Virus record (IMG/VR): IMGVR_UViG_3300020200_000001
Coordinates: 1-60,489 of that record
Length of the DNA stretch: 60,489 bases
Origin: a virus
Lineage: Duplodnaviria; Caudoviricetes
Direction: 5' to 3' (one strand)
The notes under the pieces are model-generated. The model had not been told where the DNA came from, searched no databases, and worked only from the letters and a program-made list of their open reading frames with translations. Positions 1 through 7,809 of this stretch are shown here, one piece after another. Each line of letters opens with the position of its first letter. Positions within the stretch are counted from its first letter, which is position 1. The position numbers and the translations under genes are program-made.

Positions 1-127
1 GAGCCGTTGTCCACCGGCCGTGTTTGTTGCAGTTGGGACGAAGTCGCTGATATCCTCTTGTGAGGAGAATCGCACATACATCGGATCCTGCGTGTTCGCA
101 GAACCAATCACGGTCTCTGTCCCAAAA
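1..127. repeat. Terminal direct repeat, copy 1 (circular assembly overlap)
   Basis: Identical to 60363-60489; a CDS reads in frame through the junction. Confidence 0.97.
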
Positions 128-969
128 CAAACGAGATGTCGGTCAGGGGTGGAGACCAGTGCGTACTTGCTGGCAGTGGGTGCCCCTGCCACGGCCGATG
201 CGCGGGTGTTCGTGCCAAGGCTCGGTTCCCAAATGAAAGTCCCGCCATCCACCAACTGGCAGATGACGTTTTCACCGTAGCTGTCAAACTGCCACACGCG
301 GGAGAAGAGCGCACGGCCTTGCGTCCCGAGGTCAGGTCGGGGCGTACCCCAAGTGCTCTCGCCCCAGGTGCCTGTGCCCCAGCCGTAGTCAAAGTAATTG
401 ACATCAGAGCCCACGTTAATTTGAAACTCGGCAGTAGCAGACCCTTGCGCAACAACGGTAGAACTTGCACTTGTTGAACATTTAATTTCAAACGTACCGG
501 CGTTGATGATTGCTTGAATCTCAAACTCTCCCGTGAGGAATGCGTTTGCAATTCCACCAGGGTTGCCAGTTACGTTACTCAAGGTCACAAAATCTCCAAC
601 AATGGCGTTGTTGGCTGTGGCATTGACACGGACGGTCGTCGACCCGGATGTCGTGGTAAATGTGACGGGAGTTATAGTTGCTCGAATAGGTGTTACATCA
701 AACCACTGCGAGTTTGTGAAGACATACAGCTTGCGGTTTGTCCCGACAATTGCATAAGGAACGCCAGACAAATCATTCCATGTAAAGACCTCTGTGATTT
801 GCCCAACAAGGTAAGTTTCAGTTTCGTTGAACCAGGTCCATCCCCCGGTTTTTTCCGGCAGGCCATATTGAAACCGCACAAAGTCGCAATCAATCCAGCC
901 ACCTTCCGCGCCGTATTCGGTGTTCTGCTTGTCAATACCGGGTTTTAGAAAAAGGCGTTGTAAGGGCAT
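1..969 (-). CDS. Tail tubular B / P22 gp10-like tail protein, N-terminal part (continues at 60362..59472; ~619 aa in total)
   Basis: ATG at 969 (MPLQRLFLKPGIDKQNTEYGAEGGWIDCDFVRF..., YGWGTGTWG), open to base 1 and in frame with ORF 59472..60473 across the circular junction; missing from the ORF track. Confidence 0.8.
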   Translation of the reverse strand, partial: MPLQRLFLKPGIDKQNTEYGAEGGWIDCDFVRFQYGLPEKTGGWTWFNETETYLVGQITEVFTWNDLSGVPYAIVGTNRKLYVFTNSQWFDVTPIRATITPVTFTTTSGSTTVRVNATANNAIVGDFVTLSNVTGNPGGIANAFLTGEFEIQAIINAGTFEIKCSTSASSTVVAQGSATAEFQINVGSDVNYFDYGWGTGTWGESTWGTPRPDLGTQGRALFSRVWQFDSYGENVICQLVDGGTFIWEPSLGTNTRASAVAGAPTASKYALVSTPDRHLVCFGTETVIGSANTQDPMYVRFSSQEDISDFVPTATNTAGGQRL

Positions 970-990
970 TTCTTCCTCACTGGAACATGG

Positions 991-1467
991 TCAGCTTAAG
1001 TACAGATTGCGTTCGTCTTTGCGACGCTTTACTAAGCCAGGCAATTCTTTTCCGGCTGCCTTGGTCCACATCATGAAGGCTTCGGCAGCTTCTTCGTAAT
1101 CCCCACGGTTATGCTTCATCCGGATGGAAGACCGCTGGAGGTTCCCCAAACCAACGTTAAAAGCGAAAGAGACGAGTGCACCAAACCGGCCAGGAGTAAG
1201 GCCGTTAGGACACAGTCGTAGTACGCCTGCCTCAAATCGCCCGAGATCCTCAGTAAGAATTCGGTCCACTTCGTCCACGGAGAGGGTGCGGTCCCAGCCG
1301 TCGGGAATTGGTAAATTTTTGCGTTCCTCAAGTTTCACTCCTATGTGTCTTGGGTCAATCACATGGCCTACGGCCGTCGTCCAAAGTAGCGCCGGACACC
1401 TGTAGGGCCTAAATCGCACCCCCTCGTGGTGCTTAATCATGTGGATGACCCGATCTTCTACTTTCAT
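991..1467 (-). CDS. Endolysin, GH24 phage lysozyme
   Basis: HHEG..RPYRCPA..WT...GH, ALVSFAFNVG, LPGLVKRRKDER motifs. Confidence 0.93.
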   Translation of the reverse strand: MKVEDRVIHMIKHHEGVRFRPYRCPALLWTTAVGHVIDPRHIGVKLEERKNLPIPDGWDRTLSVDEVDRILTEDLGRFEAGVLRLCPNGLTPGRFGALVSFAFNVGLGNLQRSSIRMKHNRGDYEEAAEAFMMWTKAAGKELPGLVKRRKDERNLYLS

Positions 1468-1946
1468 TTTTTAAACGACTGACTTCCAAACCAAAACGCG
1501 ATCACGGATGAAAATATGATGGCCGAGTCCTCATCCCACAGAATCTGCATGGCCTGGTCAAACGGCACCCCGGTCTTCCATGCGTAGAAGAATCCAAAGA
1601 TGTTGACGAACAGAAGCATGGCGAACATACCGTAGGTAATGACTGGCCGGACACTAGCCCGCATATTGATTACCCACTGAGATGCTCCCTTGCCAATCTC
1701 GATGTCGTGGGCATACAGGGCTTGCCGCTCTTGAACCGCTGTCTGCATTGCAACCTGGTCGGTTCGGATCTCTTCAACCCGAGCCTGGGCCGCGTAGCCG
1801 CGCTCAAGCATCTGCAGTTCGCGTTCGGTCTGCATTCTGGCTAAGGCCAGCTCATGGGTCTTATCTGATTTGTCCTGAAAAAAATCTAGGATCTTTGGCA
1901 GACCCCCCATTAAGAAAGAAATCAGGGTTGAAAGTAATGTAATCAT
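1464..1946 (-). CDS. Holin-like membrane protein (3TM type)
   Basis: Start MITLLSTLISFLMGG; RASVRPVITY, hydrophobic helices, IAFWFGS; adjacent to lysozyme. Confidence 0.75.
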   Translation of the reverse strand: MITLLSTLISFLMGGLPKILDFFQDKSDKTHELALARMQTERELQMLERGYAAQARVEEIRTDQVAMQTAVQERQALYAHDIEIGKGASQWVINMRASVRPVITYGMFAMLLFVNIFGFFYAWKTGVPFDQAMQILWDEDSAIIFSSVIAFWFGSQSFKK

Positions 1947-1959
1947 GGTTTCCTCGTGT

Positions 1960-2925
1960 TTAGGGCCTGTATTGAATGAAGGTATAAGTCGGGTACGTTC
2001 CGCCGTACCCGTCGACCAAAATCCCAAACCCAAAGGTATACTCGTTGTTGGAGAAGAAGCCATTAGGGCCAGTCATGCTTACGTTCACCGAAACACTGCC
2101 ACCATTTCCGATGGAGAAGTTGGTGGGGCTGATAGTCGTAGAACCTCCAGTAGGCCTCTGGATCTCCTGCACGTACACGCTTCCTGTACCGGTTCCTGGT
2201 ATTTGAGCCACGGTAAAGCTGCTGTACGACGTTACCCCAGCGAATTGACGGGGGATCGTGGCAGAACCTGAACTCGGATTAACTGATACCTGCAAAACAC
2301 CCGGGGTCGTGATGGTGTTACTGAATCCGCTATACGAGCTGTTGCCGTAAGCGTTAGTCGCATAAACTCGGAAGTTGTAGCTTGTGCTCGACTGCAGTCC
2401 AGACACGTAAATGCTGCCGGATCCCGAGGTATTCACCGTGCCGGTGTAGCCGCCAGGGCTCGACACAGCGGTATAGCTCGTAATTGTTGAGCCTCCGTTG
2501 TATGCTGGAGCCGTGTAGGACACGTCCGCAGCCGAGGAACCACTCAAGGAAGCAAAACCGATGGTTGGCGCATCGGGGACCCCGAACGTGCGAATCTGGT
2601 TACTGGACGCACTTGGCGGGCTGTTGCCAAGCGCATTGGTCGCGTACACCGAGAACGTGTAGTACTGGCCAGACGTGAGGCCGCTAATGCTGATTGTGCC
2701 GCCGCCGGACTGGTAGACCGTAGCGGTCTGGCCGCCCGGGCTTGATACGCCCGTGTAGCTAGTGATCGGCGAGCCGCCGTCACTTAGCGGAGGGCCGAAC
2801 GTAACCGAAGCCGTCGTAGCGCCTGTTGCCGTTGCTGTGCCAATAATTGGCGCAGTAGCTAATCCAACGCCTGCGAGGCCATACCCCCGAGCGCCTGCGT
2901 TAGAAAAAGTACTGAGCAGCGGCAT
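1960..2925 (-). CDS. Fibronectin type III repeat virion/tail protein
   Basis: Two FN3-like repeats (P..DGGSPITSYT...GL..G..Y.F.V.ATNA.G). Confidence 0.85.
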   Translation of the reverse strand: MPLLSTFSNAGARGYGLAGVGLATAPIIGTATATGATTASVTFGPPLSDGGSPITSYTGVSSPGGQTATVYQSGGGTISISGLTSGQYYTFSVYATNALGNSPPSASSNQIRTFGVPDAPTIGFASLSGSSAADVSYTAPAYNGGSTITSYTAVSSPGGYTGTVNTSGSGSIYVSGLQSSTSYNFRVYATNAYGNSSYSGFSNTITTPGVLQVSVNPSSGSATIPRQFAGVTSYSSFTVAQIPGTGTGSVYVQEIQRPTGGSTTISPTNFSIGNGGSVSVNVSMTGPNGFFSNNEYTFGFGILVDGYGGTYPTYTFIQYRP

Positions 2926-3923
2926 TATGCAAACCTCGTCTGAGCCTCCAGCACCACAAAGGAGCCGGATCCTGTCTTAATGATTGTGGCAATGTAAGAG
3001 TCAATACTGCTTGCATTACCAGTCGTCGGAGCCGAGCCACCCTGCCATTTCGGCGTTATTGCGTTGCCGTCAATCGTGAACCCGGTCTGGCGATACCCAG
3101 TACCCCCGTTCGTGTTCAAAAAAGCGACGGTGACTGCTTCGCCCACATCCATGATGCTGTTGAGGGTGGTAGACCCATTGCCGCGCACATCTAGCGTCCA
3201 GTTCCCAGTGGCGCTGCCCTGGTAGTACAGAACGGATGCAGTAAGGACATCAAGGGTAACCAGGCTAGATGCTGCATTGACGGAGATCGCAATCTTCTCT
3301 TGGGTCGAGAGCAGCGTCTTGTTTGATAGGTCCTGGAACGCAGTAGTAAAGACGTTGCCGACCGCCTGGTACTCAACATCTGTCGCGCCACTGTTGACGA
3401 CAAGCGCCTTATTGGCATTGCCAGCATATGCGGGAAGAATGTTTGAGCGTGCTCCCGCGAAAGATGTCGCGCCAGTGCCGCCACTGGTAGCCTGCAGGGC
3501 CGTGGTCAGTGTCAAGCTAGACATGTGGTTGAGAGCCTCAACCACGTTGGTCGCATTGTTGTAGACGTACATTGAACGCCCAGCGGGGACAACAACCCCC
3601 GTTCCTGTAGCATTTCGCACCTCGACCTGATCGGCCAAGGCGTTATTGATCAGGTAGTTCTTCTGAATTGCAGGGACTGTTAGGGTGCGAGAGCCCCCTG
3701 AGCTACCGGTCAGCGTCAGACGTAAATTACGTGCAGCCTGGGTAGTATTCGTATTGGTGAGAGTGAGTACAACATCAGCGCCGGAGAAGAGGACGTCGAA
3801 ATTCCCGACAATCGCTTCTTCAAGAGCAACTCCTAAGTTGACGTTTGTGATCTCACCCCAGGTGCCTGAGTTTTCCCCTGTCTCCATCAACTGGATTTTT
3901 AGGGAACTATAACTTGATGGCAT
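2925..3923 (-). CDS. Tail fibre-related virion protein
   Basis: MPSSYS.L....TGENSGTWG N-terminus; C-terminal KWQGGSAPT..SIDSY motif; tail operon context. Confidence 0.7.
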   Translation of the reverse strand: MPSSYSSLKIQLMETGENSGTWGEITNVNLGVALEEAIVGNFDVLFSGADVVLTLTNTNTTQAARNLRLTLTGSSGGSRTLTVPAIQKNYLINNALADQVEVRNATGTGVVVPAGRSMYVYNNATNVVEALNHMSSLTLTTALQATSGGTGATSFAGARSNILPAYAGNANKALVVNSGATDVEYQAVGNVFTTAFQDLSNKTLLSTQEKIAISVNAASSLVTLDVLTASVLYYQGSATGNWTLDVRGNGSTTLNSIMDVGEAVTVAFLNTNGGTGYRQTGFTIDGNAITPKWQGGSAPTTGNASSIDSYIATIIKTGSGSFVVLEAQTRFA

Positions 3924-3941
3924 GTTCTGCTCCTTTGGCTC

Positions 3942-4895
3942 TTAGTGGATCACTTCATTCCAATTGTCGTCCTGTGTGTCGTCCACCACTGTCCAAGTGG
4001 TAGCGGGTTTGACGGGCGCGGTCCACGTTGTCGATTGAGCCGCGTTGACCTGGACCCACACCTCAGATTGAGCGTCGTCAACGACATACCAATCAGGCGT
4101 TTGTGGGTCAGGAATTACTCCCCATACTAACACACTAGTTACATTTATGATAGCTTGTTGCGACGCCAAAATGACGGTTGCTTTACCCGCAGCGTTGAGT
4201 GTTCCAACGCTCGCTACCATCGGGAGTTCCGCGACCAGGGTAGTTGCGTTTGCCTTGGTCGAGACACTATTGAGGTACGAAACAATCTCCTGCGCCGTCA
4301 CCGTGGTGTTGGCGTCTCCAGTCACCAGAAGACTCTGAATCGCTCCGAGAATCTGCTGGGAGGTCACATAGACTTTCGTCTGCGTGTAAATCTCAACGGC
4401 AGCCTGAAGCGCCTGGATTTCTTCTCCGGTAATGGTGGTCGTGGCCTTGGCCTGGATAGCCACAGAATTGACCAGCGCCTCAAACTCGGAACCGGTCAGG
4501 ACCACGTTAGCTTTAGCGTCTACCTCCAGGCTGCCCGTGATAGCACTTAGCACCTGAGAGAAGACGTAAACCGCAATGCCTGTCTTAAGGGTCCCCTGCT
4601 CGGCGGTCAAGAACTGCGAGTCAAGCTGGACGAAGCCTTTACCTGCAATGGCCACATTGGCCAGGTAGGCCTGCATATCCGTGCCGGTAAGGTAGTAGGC
4701 CGAGTCCGTGGTGAAGGTGCCAGTGAAGGCCTCCAACTGGTCCTGGGCAATAAGAATGACGTTGCCAATGCCGATCACCGACGGGGTGGTCAGCCCCATG
4801 GTCATCTGAATGCCGTTAATTTCTGCCAGCGCAGGAATACCCGTCTTCGGTATCGAAGCAAACGGGACCCTAGCAAATGGCGCAAAACCAAACAT
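3942..4895 (-). CDS. Putative virion structural protein with beta-strand repeats
   Basis: MFGFAPFA..PFAS start, repeated A.VxLTG segments, C-terminal W..V/IDD repeats. Confidence 0.65.
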   Translation of the reverse strand: MFGFAPFARVPFASIPKTGIPALAEINGIQMTMGLTTPSVIGIGNVILIAQDQLEAFTGTFTTDSAYYLTGTDMQAYLANVAIAGKGFVQLDSQFLTAEQGTLKTGIAVYVFSQVLSAITGSLEVDAKANVVLTGSEFEALVNSVAIQAKATTTITGEEIQALQAAVEIYTQTKVYVTSQQILGAIQSLLVTGDANTTVTAQEIVSYLNSVSTKANATTLVAELPMVASVGTLNAAGKATVILASQQAIINVTSVLVWGVIPDPQTPDWYVVDDAQSEVWVQVNAAQSTTWTAPVKPATTWTVVDDTQDDNWNEVIH

Positions 4896-4898
4896 TAT

Positions 4899-5597
4899 TT
4901 AGGCCTCGCCATCGCTGCCAACATCTCTAGCATGTGCAACTCCTGTGCCGACTTCCGGGAAAAGGCACGTGTGAATGAACGTCTCCACCTCCGCAGGGTC
5001 AAGGCCAAGCGCCGCCATGACCCGAGGCGTGTGCGGGTTCTTTTTCTGATTTTGGCAGTACCAGTCCTGTCGTTGTGTGTATTCCCCAATTCGCTCACGG
5101 CCTACCTCCTTTAGGTAGTAATCCAGGTTCTCTGTCACTAATTTTAAAACTGTGGCAAGCTCTTGGGAATCCTGAATATTACCTGCAGCTACCATTGAGC
5201 GACTAAATATGTTTCTGGCCCATTCGGGCAGCTCGCGCTCTTTGCTCCAGGTATACCCTGATACACGATCACGGAACCAGCCCAGCATTGCGTGAGTTGG
5301 ATCGGTCGGGCTAAAGTCGTGAAAAGCTCCGGTGACCTTGCGCGGCCCTGCAATGATGTCAAACCCGAAGATCGGGGACGGGTCATCCAAATGTGGCATG
5401 ACCGTCAGGTGCAGCATGTACAGGCCCTTGGTGTCGCGCGCATCTACAATGTCCAGATGAGCGCGGCGAAATGAGCTGCTGCGGAATACGTAATTAGGCC
5501 AGGAAAAACGGTGGCCCTCGTCATAGGCCTCGTACTGGCGTAGACGCGATAAGAGGTTGTCGTGGGCCTCTTCAAGCTGCTCGAAAATCGTGGGCAT
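4899..5597 (-). CDS. pcyX: Ferredoxin-dependent bilin reductase, PcyX/PcyA-like
   Basis: RRAHLD, LYMLH, PIFGFDIIAG, FHDFSP, RELPEWA.IFS, YCQNQKKNPHT motifs; heme oxygenase nearby. Confidence 0.85.
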   Translation of the reverse strand: MPTIFEQLEEAHDNLLSRLRQYEAYDEGHRFSWPNYVFRSSSFRRAHLDIVDARDTKGLYMLHLTVMPHLDDPSPIFGFDIIAGPRKVTGAFHDFSPTDPTHAMLGWFRDRVSGYTWSKERELPEWARNIFSRSMVAAGNIQDSQELATVLKLVTENLDYYLKEVGRERIGEYTQRQDWYCQNQKKNPHTPRVMAALGLDPAEVETFIHTCLFPEVGTGVAHARDVGSDGEA

Positions 5598-5623
5598 TGG
5601 GGCTCTCCATACAAGAATCCCGC

Positions 5624-6169
5624 CTACTTAAAAGGAGGGCCCACAGTCCAGCATACCGCCGAATATCGGACGCCCGAGGTCACAGGAGTCACACGATGAA
5701 GTACGGTGGATGGAAAAACGATGATAGACCCCCGAGACTTAGGAGGTTTTTTTTCGAGTTCCTTGAACTCCAGATCGCCCCCTTCGTACTCCGAGGCGTC
5801 GTTGAGGAGAATTGAGCAGCTCACCTTGCGTTGAAGATTGTTCTCATCTGGCGTTTGAACGTCAGGATGCCAGTTATAGTGACCACCTGCTTCGTACTTT
5901 GCCATTTGAACACGCTGCGGAAAACTGATGTCAAGATTCCACCCAGCTAGCCTATTTGCCATGTGTGAAAAGTGAAAAGCAACTGCAGCGATGGGAGAAG
6001 TGAACTCTTCCCACAACACTTTTGTTACCCTTAATTCTTCATTAAGTAGACCATCCCCTTCGCGAATTCGACCATCAATGGCCTTTTCCCAGTCCAGTCG
6101 ACTCAGTGCGTAATCACAGAAAGACTGGTCAAGAACCCCGTCCCAAGCCCAATAGACGTCTTTGAACAC
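5624..6169 (-). CDS. 2OG-Fe(II) oxygenase (prolyl-hydroxylase/PKHD-like)
   Basis: YNWHPD (HxD), RKVSCSILLN, YEGGDL, FPS..HRVTPVTSG.RYS. Confidence 0.92.
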   Translation of the reverse strand: MFKDVYWAWDGVLDQSFCDYALSRLDWEKAIDGRIREGDGLLNEELRVTKVLWEEFTSPIAAVAFHFSHMANRLAGWNLDISFPQRVQMAKYEAGGHYNWHPDVQTPDENNLQRKVSCSILLNDASEYEGGDLEFKELEKKPPKSRGSIIVFPSTVLHRVTPVTSGVRYSAVCWTVGPPFK

Positions 6170-6170
6170 T

Positions 6171-6707
6171 TCATTCTCCTGTATTCAGCGAATAAGCTGC
6201 CGATATTTCATCAAACAGCCGAAGTGCGTAGTCTAAAACAAGGTTAGCCTCAGAGGCAAGGTCATCCGACAATTTTGCCCGCACTTTTTCAATCAACCCG
6301 GCTCGATCTTCAAACTCATACATGCGACCAGATCCAGGAACCACTTTTTTAAGGATTTGGCCCCCATACATGTCAGCAAAATGGCGCGCATAGATGTGCG
6401 CCCATAGCCGTGTTTCGGGGACTGTATAGACGTAAAAAATGTAGTCCCTGGTGGACTGATGAACTTGGGCATTTCTTTCTAGTTCATCAGCATCCTGTTC
6501 AATTAAGTCAGCACGACGAATAGCCTCAATGCCCTCAAGCATTTTCAATTCATCTGCCCGTTTCTCCAGAGCAAGATAGCACATTGCCTGGTTAAACAGG
6601 TATTCGGCGTAAGCTTTCGGAGGGATCTTCCCGGAAAGTAACAAGACCACAAAAGGATGTTTTTCGGCCTTATCGTGCCGAGCTTTTATGTGGTCTCGTA
6701 AAGCCAT
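6171..6707 (-). CDS. hemO: Heme oxygenase (biliverdin-producing, HemO/Ho1-like)
   Basis: LRD..K..H..AE proximal His helix; HIYARHFADMYGGQIL distal helix; Y.F motif. Confidence 0.88.
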   Translation of the reverse strand: MALRDHIKARHDKAEKHPFVVLLLSGKIPPKAYAEYLFNQAMCYLALEKRADELKMLEGIEAIRRADLIEQDADELERNAQVHQSTRDYIFYVYTVPETRLWAHIYARHFADMYGGQILKKVVPGSGRMYEFEDRAGLIEKVRAKLSDDLASEANLVLDYALRLFDEISAAYSLNTGE

Positions 6708-7351
6708 TACATGGGGTCTTTCATGTCAATGTTAAAGCTAACCATGATTCTATTCTCATTAGACTGATTTGCTTCCGTCATGTGGGGAAGCCAGGCTGGA
6801 AAGATGACCATTTGTCCTGATTCAACCACATGTGTGTATATCGTAGGCACAGTTGGGAAGTCGTTGTAGTGGCGGATGTACATGGTTTTAGCCACCGCTG
6901 ACGGGTCTTTAAAAATAAGATTTCCACCATTTTCAGGCACATGAGCATAAAAAACCCCACTCAACATCGAATTGGAGTGCACATGTTCTGGCACGTATGT
7001 ACCGGGTGGATAAAGCGTAATCCAACTATTCATAAACGTCATGACACTGTCCCCAGTGTTGACGCTAGAAATCATGGTTTGTGCAAAAACTTTTAGAAAA
7101 GTCGAGACTTCCTGCCATTCCGGCTTATCCAGAATTGCCTCCGTAGAAAAGGATGTCACGCCATAGCGTTGAAAATCCTCTTTTAAAGCAGAAACTTTCC
7201 CATAATTCCATCCTTCGGAGACAAGTTTTGCACTAGGGACGGTGTCCCTAAAGTGCAGAACTAAATCGCAGATTTTTTGTCGTATCTGGAGATTGTCGCT
7301 ATGACCTACCAATAACGGCGTCTGAAAAATATTTTTTACAAAATGGCTCAT
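6707..7351 (-). CDS. 2OG-Fe(II) oxygenase (TIGR02466-like)
   Basis: HVHSNS.LSGVFY, GNLIFKDP, IFPAWLPH, NRI.VSFN; ATGA overlap with upstream gene. Confidence 0.9.
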   Translation of the reverse strand: MSHFVKNIFQTPLLVGHSDNLQIRQKICDLVLHFRDTVPSAKLVSEGWNYGKVSALKEDFQRYGVTSFSTEAILDKPEWQEVSTFLKVFAQTMISSVNTGDSVMTFMNSWITLYPPGTYVPEHVHSNSMLSGVFYAHVPENGGNLIFKDPSAVAKTMYIRHYNDFPTVPTIYTHVVESGQMVIFPAWLPHMTEANQSNENRIMVSFNIDMKDPM

Positions 7352-7797
7352 TCCTTGGCTGGCTCGTCGGGCCACTCCACATCATCCGCTTTAGCTACAT
7401 TCGGATAGGACGTCGGTAGATCCCTCAAAGCCTGTCGATAGGCTGCCCATTCTGCTTTTTTAGGCTCTGACAACGGGCTATCTGCCGCCTGAGTCCAGTC
7501 GCATGCTGCAAGCAAATGGCTTCGACGAGAACGGATAAATTTATCAACCAGTTCATCTTGGGTAAATTCACGAACGCTGGCTCGATTACGCACGATGCCG
7601 CCATCGTCCATGTAGTAGTCCGGAGAGTGGATAGTGACGCCGTTTTCTGCCTCGGGGGCACGCTGAAACCGGGCGTAGCCATGCTTTTTGAGGGTCGCAT
7701 CATCCAGCGCAGACACCTCCAACACCTGCTTCAGGTTATCCCCGGTCAAGGGGTGGTCTACAGGATTCCCGCTGCTGTCAAGTTTGATGTATAGCAT
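7348..7797 (-). CDS. Tail fibre assembly chaperone
   Basis: IRSRRSHLL..CDWTQ..D.P...WA.YRQALRDLP...WP motif, directly after the fibre gene. Confidence 0.88.
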   Translation of the reverse strand: MLYIKLDSSGNPVDHPLTGDNLKQVLEVSALDDATLKKHGYARFQRAPEAENGVTIHSPDYYMDDGGIVRNRASVREFTQDELVDKFIRSRRSHLLAACDWTQAADSPLSEPKKAEWAAYRQALRDLPTSYPNVAKADDVEWPDEPAKE

Positions 7798-7809
7798 TTC
7801 TTCTCCTTA

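Noticed and set aside
4899-6707. Cyanophage assignment based on ho plus bilin reductase
   Set aside because: No psbA, hli, petF or pebS context; residues are PcyX-like, a clade not tied to cyanobacteria
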